A stretch of 63,110 nt of DNA, the filler included, from Salisapilia sapeloensis CBS 127946 (taxonomy: Eukaryota; Protista; Oomycota): the NCBI GenBank assembly GCA_023334545.1. It is 13 parts of 13 records of this genome, joined end to end, with 100 filler letters (N's around TTAATTAATTAA, not from the genome) between each part and the next. Parts side by side here need not be neighbours in the genome. Positions count along the whole stretch, not along the records: positions 1 to 15,051 come from JAADVB010000376.1; positions 15,152 to 16,482 come from JAADVB010001196.1; positions 16,583 to 42,093 come from JAADVB010000250.1; 10 more parts are not named here. One strand, written 5' to 3'. How positions within the stretch are numbered: position 1 is the stretch's first letter; every line of letters starts with the position of its first letter. The translations under genes were made by a program, and so were the position numbers. Below the pieces are notes generated by a model. The model saw only the letters and a program-made list of their open reading frames with translations, was not told where the DNA came from and did not search any database. Below, piece after piece: positions 12,716 through 24,629 of this stretch.

Positions 12716-13658
12716 CGAGCTTGTCTTTGCTTTATCAGGCTTTAGTGAAGGGCATTGTCGATGTAGGAGATGGGATGAATGGTTGAAGATGATTGTCTCT
12801 TTCTTATGAACTGATATCTCTCTTGTCCATGAATTACGTTGCTACTGTTTCTTGTTTAAGGTGTTTTGGTCGAGTGAAGGTAAGAAATCGTTTTCCTTGG
12901 CAGTGATGAGGCTTCTTGACGACTACGGACAAAAACGATGTGAAAGATGCTTCATATCCATTCTCGCCACCATACGCATCTACAATCGATTCATCGCTTC
13001 TAATATTAATAAATGGCTCGGCCGGCAGTAGATGTCACTATCTATAACGCGAACTGGTCTATGGAGATGATCGCACTTGCTTTGGATGCTAGTTCGCTCC
13101 GTTTAGCACAAGTGACTGCTCAAAAGTGCAAGAGGGTAGGTATGTGAATTGGATGACTCTGTTACTTTCTCTTTGTAGTAAAACAATCGGATTGATCCAT
13201 CTTGTCGTCGTCGAAATGATCTTAAATGTACTGTTCATTAATCTCATCAAAATAGATAGAGATGTTAGGCCTTGTTGACGCTGAATACTAATTCAGCATA
13301 ATTAGAGATGCATCTTTTGTAGTTATATTTATGATACTCGAATGGGACAGCTCTGTATTCGTTGATAAGTGCCGATCGAGAGTAGCTACATGCTATGGAA
13401 ACCTAACGTAGCACTTCAATAGATCTTTTCCCACTGAATCGAATGCATAAGCGAGTGTGCTATATTGCCAATGGAGATACGAATTCATATTCCTGGTCTA
13501 TGTCTGTTATCGCCTTGGATGCAACCAAGAGGAAACCATCTTCGAGAAGACTACTACCGCCAGCCGAGGCTTTGGATAACTAAACATGAGCATAACGCTC
13601 TGCTAAAGTCACAACTCAAGCATCAACGTACTATTAATGAAATTATCAAGCATGAAGT

Positions 13659-14585
13659 CTAGTTGCCAGTACGCTTGTCTAGTCCAAGCTTCGCCTCGTC
13701 ATTAATAAAGTCCCAAACAGCACTGACTTTTACGAAGACTTCCAAGCTTTCTCCATCGCAGCCACTTCCGCCCCAAGAGACTATACCAATCATCTTTCCA
13801 TCTCGAACCAATGGTCCACCGCTGTCTCCATCACAGACTTGTTGCTTTTGCAAACCATCTTCCCTCTCTGCGGCCTGCACACAAAGGTTTGCATCGCCTA
13901 CCTTGTTGCCAAAGATCAACCGCCTCAACAGGCCATTATAGCGTTTCTTGCAAATCATTATATCGACTACATTCATTTTATCGGCTCCAAGGAGCTGATT
14001 TGGAATAGGTGAGTTTTCATAATACTGTCCCCATCCATAGATCGTGGCCTTCCCGGTTTTGTCCAAGTAAGGCTCACTGCGGCTACCCAGCTGCATGTAG
14101 TTAATTTCATTCCGTGGTAGCTCATAATCTCGAAGTCGGAGGATGGCGACATCATATTCACTTGTACGTGGATTGTAATCTGGATGTACCTTCACATCTT
14201 CCACAAGTACCTTTTGTCCTCGGTCATCTCTATTCCAAAACACTCTTCCCAGGACCACAACAATCGGGGGATATTGACCCTTCGGCAGCTTCTTGTCGAT
14301 GGCGCAATGTGCAGCAGTGACAACATAGTATTTAGATACGAGAGACCCTGCGCAAGTGTTAAAACTTCGCGCTTTATGACGCAAACCCAAGAATACCACA
14401 CTCGTGATCTCGGAAGAAAAGACCAGTCTTCCGTTAGCGATACGGTTTTCTTCTGTTGTCGAGAAACTCATATTAATCGAGGCGGAAACAGTGCCTTCAT
14501 CGTATGAGTCTGCTTTGGTAGCTAAGAAGCTTGAGGTGAAGGATACCAGTAATAAGCATGCGAAGAAAGGTGTCAACGACGGCAT
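13659..14585 (-). CDS. Secreted S1 (chymotrypsin-fold) serine protease with intact catalytic triad
   Basis: Signal peptide, activation site R-IANG, TAAHC (His), DVAIL (Asp), GDSGGPL (Ser); single exon, 308 aa. Confidence 0.92.
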   Translation of the reverse strand: MPSLTPFFACLLLVSFTSSFLATKADSYDEGTVSASINMSFSTTEENRIANGRLVFSSEITSVVFLGLRHKARSFNTCAGSLVSKYYVVTAAHCAIDKKLPKGQYPPIVVVLGRVFWNRDDRGQKVLVEDVKVHPDYNPRTSEYDVAILRLRDYELPRNEINYMQLGSRSEPYLDKTGKATIYGWGQYYENSPIPNQLLGADKMNVVDIMICKKRYNGLLRRLIFGNKVGDANLCVQAAEREDGLQKQQVCDGDSGGPLVRDGKMIGIVSWGGSGCDGESLEVFVKVSAVWDFINDEAKLGLDKRTGN

Positions 14586-15051
14586 GATTGAAATGCCAGG
14601 GACGAAGCGAGCCTGAACCTAAAGCTACTGAACTTGACTTTGAGCTTTATTAAAATGGATGCGAGGTAGCGACCTTTATGTGTCCAGTTCCCGACTTTCA
14701 AATCGGCTCATCACCGGTCATATCAAATGCAGAATAATGCTCTAAAGACTACACGAATCAAAGCAGCACGACCGTGCTGAAAATAACTATCCATTCATTG
14801 AATTGTACACAGCACTGGCTCGTGCAATGCAATTAGACTGGAACAAGCTAGTTCGTGCCAAGAGGAGCTGGTGGGTTCTATAGCCGGATTCATAGATTTC
14901 ATATTTCGTTTTTTGTTTTTTTATTTGTGTTTTATTTGTATTTTATTTGTTCAAGTTCAAGAAAATTGGTCACAGAGATGATACAAAGACAAGCAGAGAA
15001 GGAGGGATTCTTTTCGAGAAGCTCCGTTTCGACGCTCGAGAGCTTCTGGAA

Positions 15052-15151
15052 NNNNNNNNNNNNNNNNNNNNNNNNNNNNNNNNNNNNNNNNNNNNTTAAT
15101 TAATTAANNNNNNNNNNNNNNNNNNNNNNNNNNNNNNNNNNNNNNNNNNNN
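15052..15151. other. Artificial contig linker
   Basis: N-run + TTAATTAATTAA (stops in all six frames) + N-run, 100 bp. Confidence 0.99.
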
Positions 15152-15578
15152 GGAGAATGGGCAGTTTGTTCAAGGCTCGAAAGAGAGGATGTGACATTAG
15201 ACTGGAAAGGTAGCTGAAGGGTCCGAGAGGACTACGATGGATAAATGTAGATAGAGAAGAGAAGATTGGAAATAATCAAGAAATATATTGCCCAACACGA
15301 AAAGTCTTTAGACGGCAGTCATGCTCCTTTTCCATCCATTATCCTTGAAAACATGCCAAGAAACTAAAAATGATTTTGTTCTACCGTTCAGAAAACTGCT
15401 CCGCGAAGTCCTCTTTGTATTCTATTCCTCGTCAATTCAGGGAGTGGTTGGCAACATTTTGTTCAAATTAATACAATCGGCTTGTAATTTCACTTTCAGG
15501 CTTTATTGTAATTCCGGCGAGGATCCAAGCAGGCACTTCTTTTCTTGTAGCGTTAATTACAAAGTACTGAATCTACCG

Positions 15579-16482
15579 CTAGTGATCCTGCGAATAATCA
15601 ACACTTTTATTTGCGCATCCTAGCCAAGCTTCTTCTGATACATCACACGGTTTACCAATGCCTCTCTCAATCTCCAACCGGCGAAATCGGATGACGTTTT
15701 GATTCATTGAGCAAGATATGACCATCATCCTCGTATTGTGACATATTCCAACCTCTTCCTCTCCACCTTCGCTTCCTACATACCCGAGTTTAGTTGGGAA
15801 GCATTGTCGATACATAACTCCACCACAAGCGTCAACTGCTTCCTTCCTCAACATAGATTCACCTTGGGACTCTAAGCTAACGCACTGTTTTGCATTGAAT
15901 CGATCTAAGACAGCCAGTGTACCTTCCGTCGCTCTCGGTGCATCTTCTGATAGACATGGATCGCTCTCATACGTATAGGCACAAAATGGGTGCGACGGTT
16001 GACATTGACCGACGAATCCGTTGCAGCACACTTGATTGTTGTTATTCATCACGAAATTTACTAGATTTGTGAGAGGCGAGAGATCTGGCAAACTTTCCAA
16101 GCCGCTCATCGCAATCAAATAAAGTCTTTCGAGCTTAGAAAGCGATGCAAAGGTCGGCAGATATTTAACGTTGTAGTTGATAGCCAAAATCAGCTCTCGC
16201 AAATTCATGACTCCGTCCAAGCTAGGTATGACCGGAAGGTCAAAGTGCCCACCAAGATGGATCAATTGAAGCTTGTTCATCCCTTCAAACATATCCTCCG
16301 GCATTGAAATCAAATTGTAATCAATAACACAGCCTTCGATATGTAGATATTCCAATTGAGTGAATCGCTTCGCCCAGGATGGAATTTCCTCCACACCGGT
16401 GTAAAAGAGTGAAAGCCTCTCCAAAGATGTACATTTTGCTAGTTCCTCTGGCCATTCGAGTAAATATCGATTGATAAGCTGA
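15579..16482 (-). CDS. C-terminal part of oomycete LRR + WLGC-domain protein (5' truncated by gap)
   Basis: The frame is open to the linker. LRR units (LPTFASLSKLERLYL, LPDLSPLTNL), Cys-rich CCNGFVGQC and CGGVMYRQC segments, terminal EEAWLGC motif. Confidence 0.85.
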
Positions 16483-16582
16483 NNNNNNNNNNNNNNNNNN
16501 NNNNNNNNNNNNNNNNNNNNNNNNNNTTAATTAATTAANNNNNNNNNNNNNNNNNNNNNNNNNNNNNNNNNNNNNNNNNNNN
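16483..16582. other. Artificial contig linker
   Basis: Same 100-bp linker. Confidence 0.99.
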
Positions 16583-19500
16583 CCGCTGCTCAAAGTCGTC
16601 GACGAACCGCTCATGACCGAAATGCTGCCGCCACTGCCGCTCGTACCGTCCGACGTCGAACCAGCCGATATCGTCACTCCACCGCCGGAACCAGTGTCGC
16701 CACTGCCGACAGACACAGAAATTTCACCGCCTGCACCTGTTTGTGACGACCCGCTTCGAATGTCAACAGTTCCTGAGGTTTTCATCAGAGATGCACCACT
16801 TCGGATAGCGACTCGACCGGAGTAGTTTCCTGCAGCCGTCTGGATACTTATTTGCCCGCTTGAAGAAGCAAGGGATGCTCCAGATACGATAGAAATCTCG
16901 CCGCCTGTTGCTGCTGTCGCTTTACCACCGCCAATAGAAACCACGCCGCCAACATCAAGACTAGAATTTTTGCCTTGTGCGAAGCCAGCTTTCAGGTCAA
17001 GATGCCCTCCATTACCTCCATGCTTAGTGCCAGTTGAGAGTCCGCTACCAGAGTGAATTTCAATTGAGCCGCCTTTGCTTCTGTCCGATGTGGTATTTCC
17101 AGCTCGTAAGCGAATATGACCGCCATCATTAATAGACCCTACGCCGACTTGAATTGTAATGTTTCCGCCGCCACCTCTCGTAGCATTGCCGGTTGTAAGC
17201 GCCAGACCTCCGGAACCAGGAAAGCCGGTAGACGCCCCGGTTGATATATTGATGGCACCGGAAGGTCCTCTATACCCTGCAGGGGGAGTCGAAATTCCGA
17301 TGTGACCGCTTGAAGTGGTGGCACTTGCACCAGATAAAACCTCGACGTCACCACCGCCATCCATGTGGTGTGTCGAACCACCCCTCACGGTGACGCGGCC
17401 ACCGCGACCAAACATTCCCGCTCCAACAGAAATTGAGACATTACCGCCTTTACCAGACTTTGAAATACCCGAAGAAATGTCGACTTTGCCAGATGAAGCA
17501 TAATTGGCCCGACCAGAAGAAAGACGTACGTCACCGCTTTGTCCGGACTCACCTCCAGACTCGGTACGGATGTCTACGTTTCCACTCGTGCCGGCAACAG
17601 CGTGGCCTGATACTAGACTTAAATTCCCACCTAGTACATCCCTGCTTCTGCCAGCACGCACATCAACATGTCCAGCACCCATGCCGCTAGTTCCAGGTGC
17701 GATAACAATATGTCCGCTTGTTCCCATGACGGCCGGTCCAGTGTTAATCGAGACGTTACCAGTTCTCGCATTTGCAGACTCCCCAGAAAAAATATTAACT
17801 GACCCGGTATTCAGTGCGTTCTTCTGCAAAGAGTTTCCAGTAGAAATGCTAATGCTTCCGCTTGAAGATTTCGTGGCATTGCCGGATACTAGGTTCACAG
17901 AGCCGCCACTGGAGCCGACAGCTGTACCACCGGTCAAATTGACTGAACCACCCAGATCGTAGAGTTTGTGCCCGCCAAACGCTGCGCCGCCAGTAAGAGA
18001 GACAAAGCCACCGCGACCACCTCTTTTCCTATCAGCGTTCGTTCCAGACCCGCCGGTGATTATCACTCTACCGCCGGATATGCTAGCCATAGTAGCATTA
18101 CCAGCTGTTGCTGTAATATTGCCGCCACTACCAAAATGACCAGTTCCGACGAGAGCATTTATGCCTCCGCCGGGCCCATCTTCAGCATCTCCGGAGGTCA
18201 AATTAAGCGCACCAGAGCTCCCCTTGGTGGCGTAACCAGTCGTAACAGAGATCGAACCACTAACCCCACTACTGCCAGCATTTTCGGTCGAAATATTGAT
18301 GGCACCACTATGCGCATTCTTGCTGAAGCCCGATTGTAAACTGATGTACCCACCGATGTCTCGGTTCGAGGTTGTGGAACCAGCAGTAACTGAAACGTCT
18401 CCACCGCGATATTTCCCACTGTTGCCCACGCGTACGTCAACGGATCCACTGCGTGACAGGACGGCATTGCCAGTGCGAAGTGTAAATCCACCCGAATCAT
18501 CTCTTGCTCCATAGCCTGTACCCATGTAGATGCTACCACTTCCAGCATATCCTCCAGAGTTTACCGTGGAAACATTAATGCTCCCACTAAACTTTTCCGC
18601 CCCTCTGCCTGAGAGTACGTTCACATGCCCTCCAGTGAACTTCTTCGACCAACCTCCTCGAATCGTAATCTCTCCGCCTAAAATTACAACAGATTAGCAT
18701 CACTATTATATGCCTTTACTCTTTAATGCAATATATGAATAATCCCTACCAACGTTCCTACGGACGGCTCCGTAGCCATCACCGCCGCTAATAGAAACAG
18801 CACCACCAGTGCCTCCGCCTGCGTTTGTTGGATATGTTCCATTTCCGCCGGCCAACAGAACACTTCCCCCGGCGACACCAGCGCCATGTGTGTTTCCAGC
18901 AGTCACAAAGACTCCACCACCATGTCCCTCACGTCCGCTTCCGACACTTAGAACGATATTTCCTCCTGCGCCTTTCAGAGAACTTCCAGAGCTGATGTCG
19001 AACGACCCGGACGATCCGCCCGTCGAGTTTCCTGATTGGATCCGGACAGTGCCCGATACACCAAACTTTCCAGCATTTGCAGTTTGGAAAGCCAAGTTGC
19101 CACTCGATGACCGCACCCCTGTCCCGCTACGAAGACCGATATTGCCACCGGTGGCTGCAATCGCCTTACCTCCAATAGCCGTAATGGCGCCACCAACATC
19201 CCTCTCTTTATTCGTACCGTAAGCCAGACCACCACGAAGTTGAATGGGACCGCCGTTGCCACCATCAGAATAGTGCGTGCTAGTTCCAGCACCGGCTCGG
19301 ATTGAGACGCGACCACCAACTTTACCGTCTCCTGTATAGCATCAAAATATCATTAGTACTCGCACAATTCACAGCTAAGCATGCTTGCAAAAAAAAATTA
19401 CTTTTTGTGTCGCCTGCAGTGATATTGGCATCGCCACCATTCTTCATGTCGCCAGATCCTACTTTAACGATAAAGTCTCCTCCGTGGCCATGCTTAGCAG

Positions 19501-22500
19501 ACCCCGTCGTAACTTCAACTCGACCCGAATCGGCCCAAGTTGCCTTGCCAGTTTTAATTGAAACCGATCCGGAGCCACCAGCTCTGCCAGCCTTAGCAGT
19601 TTGAACGCCGATACTTCCACTGGTGGTCTGAGTAGACCTACCACTTGTAATCGTAATCTGGCCACCCGTTTGCATAGCTATTGTTTCGCCAGCCGTGATA
19701 CCAATGTCACCACCAGGGCCTTTGTTGCCACTTCCAACTGCAAGATCAATGACGCCTCCGCTTCCCATATTCGCCTTGCCAGTTTGAATCGAAACAGCGC
19801 CAGTGGTGCCATATGAGCTGTTGCCCGTAGTAATGGACACTAGCCCGCTCACTCCCTTCACACCAGCTTTTGCAGTTCGAAGTGTTATCGCACCGCTCGA
19901 AGTTTGCTTCCCGTAGCCTGTTTGCAGTTGGATGTCACCACCACGGCCGAATCGAGCGAAGCCGCCTTCAGCATAGATATCACCACCTTCATCAGAGTAA
20001 CTTGATCCTCTAGAAGCGCCACCGTACAAAGCCACGCGACCTCCGTCACCGCCATCGACAAAGTCCTCGTTTCTGCCTTCCCCGCCAGTGATTGTTACAG
20101 AACCCCCTTGCTTGGCTTCCGCTTTCGTCTCACCTGCCGTAATGTCAATGTCACCTCCGTCGCCCACGTCGCCAGTACCGACCAGAAACATCAAGTCTCC
20201 TCCGTGGCCTCCAACAGCATTTCCAGTGGTCATCGTCATAGCCCCGCTGCGCCCGTCAGTTGATTCACCTGTTTTTAGTGACACACCTCCACTTGATCCT
20301 GCGTCCCCAGCTTCAGGTGTCATAAGCGTAATATCGCCACTTGAGGTCTTCGCGCTTGCACCTGAACGGATCAGAACGTAGCCACCGGTTTGAATGTCCA
20401 ACGTGCGTCCAGCATCGATCGTTACAGCGCCGCCTTCACCGATATCTCCCACTCCTACCGTGACACCAATCGAGCCGCCAGAGCCATAATTAGCTTGTCC
20501 AGTTGCCAAGTCTATCGGCCCAGAGTCACCTAAATGCGATTCACCCGTGGAAATGGTAACGCCACCACTGACGCCTCCAGTACCAGATTTCGCAGTTCGC
20601 AATAAAATAGCGCCACTTGTTGTCCCGGAGCTGTAGCCTGAGTTTAAGTCAATTGATCCACCGTAGCCTTGAAACGCAAACCCGCCTTCCGCTTTGACGC
20701 TGCCTCCGTTGTCCAACTTGTGAGAGCCACGAGCCTCGCCGCCTTTAAACTTAACGTCTCCGCCATCGCCACCATCTAAAGAGTGCATTGAAGACCCGAG
20801 GCCTCCGTTAAGAGATACATCACCACCTTTACGCCCAGGTGCAGCTGTCTCACCAGCTTCCACTCGAAATTCGCCGCCATTATCTAAATTGCCGGATCCA
20901 ATGGACACCGTAACGGATCCACCATGACCGGCATGGGCTCTTCCGGTTTCAAGTGAATAACCGCCACTGTCTCCATTGCTCGATCTTCCGGTGGAGACGC
21001 TAACACCACCACTGGTCGATTCCGATCCGGATGAAGGCGTACGCAAAGCGATATTACCACTATGTGTTGTCATGCTCGTACCAGCCGAAAGTGTAATATC
21101 GCCTCCGTCACCAACGGTACCATCACCTGCAAGAAGATTGATGCTACCGCCTTTGTCCCGAGTGGCGCGTCCGTACGACTTCCCTCCTTTCAGATTCAAA
21201 TCCCCTCCGTCGCCGCCATCACCAGCACTATCACTCCATCCAACACCACCCGAAACGCTTACATCTCCGCCTGCTGCATTGTCTGCTGTCGTGGCTCCGG
21301 CCCGAAGTGCTATAGGACCTCCTTTACTACCCGCGTTTGTTCCGACGCTCAGCTCGATCGCCCCAGAACGGTGGTCAGAATCTCCGGTCGTCATTGAGAT
21401 GTCACCACTGATGGCATGCGATGCTTCTCCCGTTGTCATCGCTATACTACCAGAGTTACCGTCGTCTACTCCAGGTGCTGTCCCGACGTTCACTCCACCT
21501 GAGCTTGTAGTAAACGACTTTCCGCCCATTATGTCCACATTTCCGCCTTTGTAGAAGGTGCTGTCACCGCCTTCGAGTGAAACAGCGCCACCAATTCCAT
21601 CGTCCGCATGACCGCCAGTCAGTTTGATACCTCCTCCTGATGGAGCCTCGTTCGGTTCGGCATGGACTCCAAGCGTCATGCCACCCGCGATCCGTACCGT
21701 CCCGCCTTTACCTCCGTTATCCGCCATTCCATCTCCAGCAGCTACGTTGATTTCACCACCGACTCCGTCCTCGCCAATCGAATTTCCGCCACGGACATCG
21801 ACCATACCGATCGAGCTAGAATCCGAATTTCCAGTATAAATGCGCACGTCACCCGAAGCATCTTCGACCGTGTCACCTGATTTGAGGGAGAGGTCACCTG
21901 ACTTGCCCACTGACGAGTCGCTACTCTCGATCGAAATTGCTCCCGAGGCGCTCTTATCATTCGATGGAGTTTGAATAACAATGGGGCCGCTCATTCCCGT
22001 ACCACTCTTTCCTGACTGCAACTCAAGTTTGCCACCTTGAGCATCGGAGCTTGTTCCCGCTCGTAAACTGAGATCGCCGCCCTTTCCCGTCAAGGCACTA
22101 CCGACGGTAATGCCAATGTTTCCAGTTGTACCTTCGTTTGAATCTCCTGAAGAAATGCTGACACCACCCGAGTTGGCGACAGCAGCGCCACTCGAGATCG
22201 ACACCAATCCACTGGAGCCTGTTGATCCGGAGCTAGCCGAACTTAGCTCCACCAGACCGCTTGAATCCATCTTACTTTGTCCACTTCGGAAGCTCAGTGC
22301 CCCACCAGTGCCAGCGACCGCGCTACCTCCGTGCACGGCAACACCACCACCGAAAGAGTCGCTTGAAATACCCGCTGCTGAGCCACCGGTAATTGAAGTA
22401 TGTCCACCAAAGGATGTATCGGCGTGAAGACTGTCACCACCAGTAAGCGTAGTCCGACCTCCAGTCGCATGGTTCTTAATCGTAGATCCTCCTGTCAGTC

Positions 22501-24109
22501 GAAGAGCTGCACCGTATGCAGCATTGGACTGGCCCGACCCGATCGAAATCGAACCAGCATCCGATGACGCAGAATCCCCAGAGCTGATTTGCACTGGACC
22601 CGTTGTCGCCGCAGCTGATGTGCCAGATCGGATGAATATGGCACCCGTAGCTGCCTCCAAGGAAGATCCTGCGGCAGTCTCAAGCGTCAAATCCCCCGTC
22701 GGAGCCTTCTCGGAGCGACCTGTGGTAATGCTGACCGCACCACCAGGAGAGTTCCCAGAGTTCCCCGCAGACAAGGACAGGTCACCACCTTTATGTTGTT
22801 CCGAAGAGCCAGTCGAGATGGAGATCGACCCGGCATCATCCTGAATCGACGCGCCGGTCGAAAGTTCCAGTGGACCGGATCTTCCGAAGGCCGATGCTCC
22901 CGTAGTTAGCGACAGCATTCCAGAGTTACCACTCTCAGTAGCACGGGCACTCTGGATGTTCACATCGCCACTTGACGCCAGACTCCCTCCAGACTGAATT
23001 GAAACCGCGCCGCCAGCTATCCCACCAGATCCACCAGCCAAATCGATGGCGCCACCACGGCCAAACTCAGAATGCCCTCCCTCTATGTTGACCGCCCCTC
23101 CTGCCACCGAATCATCAGGATTTGTTATTCCAAACCCGTCTCCGCCGAAGATCTCCACAGCTCCTCCACGTCCGCGATTCTCGTGAAGACCATGGCCGCC
23201 AGTAATCTGGACTTTTGATCCCGGCATGTTAAAGCGCGTGTCGTCGCCGGCCTGCAACGTCACGTCACCACCCGACAGCACGTTCACCGATGATTGATCA
23301 ATAACCGTCGCGTAGTCCCTCCCGTCCGACGTGAGGCCGCGCACAGTGGCGCTTCCACCCACTTTCGGGATCTCCTGCTGCACGATGACATCCCCGACGA
23401 CAATTGTCTCTACACATAATAACACGTCGTCAGATACCTAGTCTACTTTTGAAGCCTGTATCCAAGAATCCAAATTACCGGGAACGACCAGCGCAGGACA
23501 TGGTGAATCCATCACTAGGGACTTGCACGTGCTGCCGTAGCTATCCTCGATTGCTATGCACGTCGAGTTCGACGCACACCAGGCACACTGCGACAGCGCT
23601 GCGCAGCTGGCACAGTTGCTCACGATCTCGCAGTGTGGATTGATCGGACACTCCGCCGTCTGCCCGATCCAGTCACCACACCACGCACTCTTCGACTGCT
23701 GGAACGGTCCATTTGCGTTCCCCGGTACACACATCATCGTCGAACGGCAGAAACCGCAGTCCGGTTGAGATGCACACACCGAGCAAGTGTCCATAGCGTC
23801 CCAGTAGCGCAAATTTGGCGGCGGAGATAGCGCCGAGCAGTTCGTCTGAGACGTCTGGCTCGATACCTTCCACTGCGAATTCGCATTCGTAGCTGCCAGC
23901 GCACCAGCAGGTGGGTGGAAGATTGTGACTACCAAGGCAATCGCAGCCTTCCACGCACCTCGTACAGTGAGCTTCAGCTTTTTCATTTTTCCTCGCTCGC
24001 TCTTCTTCCCCGTCGTCCTCGCTATCCTCGTCGTCGCTTCCTTGCTTGGTATCCTAGTCTGCTTGCTAGCTTGGTCAAGATTTTCTAGAATGAGGTCTAT
24101 TTCTTCCAT
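16583..24109 (-). CDS. Giant PSI-domain + Gly/Ser/Thr-rich repeat protein (>2,400 aa, 3' truncated by gap)
   Basis: Four track ORFs join in frame through three GT-AG introns (23410-23478, ~19333-19403, ~18681-18747). N-terminal hydrophobic segment and two PSI-like Cys clusters (CSVCASQPDCGFC, CASCAALSQCAWC), then continuous GG-x-h-x-h-x-(A/S/T/G)-G repeats. Alternative start at ATG 23986 gives a signal-peptide-like N-terminus. Confidence 0.8.
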
Positions 24110-24629
24110 GATATCCGCCGTAGAAAGAAAGCATGTCAACGAGAGCCACTCAAATCAGGTAAAATCTGCGTCTATGTATCCGAATAAAAGATTTCTTCTG
24201 CTCTTTGCGAGAGGATTTCCCGCTAGGACGTGCACGTGTTCCAGGAGGGTAGAGCTCCTGGCGGCATGCCTGCGATCTATAGAAAAAGCGGCACGTGCCA
24301 TGACAGAGGAGCGCATGTGCTTCCTACGAATTGACTTTCACTTACACGAGTTTGTATTTATCCTATAGCAGTATGCATCGCATACAGCCACGCCGTCGCC
24401 AACGGTTACTTCCATACTTATCATCGACGCCAATCGTGACCGCGATGCCGTTTTATCGGAATGGGTATACTTTGTAGAAAAGTCCCAGAATTTCACGGTC
24501 ACTTGGGCACATGTACCAAATCAGACGTCAAACAGCTGCTGACCAGCACTCAGAAGAACAATCAACCAACACTTTGACATGAAAGGCATCAACTTCGGAT
24601 TTGATATGCAAATGACTACAAAGTATACT

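Noticed and set aside
12730-13300. Possible small spliced minus-strand gene downstream of NTH1
   Set aside because: Only short open stretches with no consistent exon chain or recognisable motif.
14907-15051. T-rich tract with repeated TTTTATTTGT and a 12-bp imperfect inverted repeat at the contig end
   Set aside because: Could be a retroelement tail, but no TSD or body is visible before the gap; low complexity is a sufficient explanation.
15096-15107. Twelve regularly structured TTAATTAATTAA motifs, superficially a repeat array or PacI sites
   Set aside because: Each is centred in a 100-bp N block. It is an assembler linker with stops in all frames, not biology.
16613-22844. Many plus-strand Pro/Ser/Thr-rich ORFs in the track
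   Set aside because: Antisense shadows of the Gly-rich minus-strand gene (GGN codons read as NCC). The same applies to shadows over alpha-actinin, LeuRS, catalase and the ABCC fragment.
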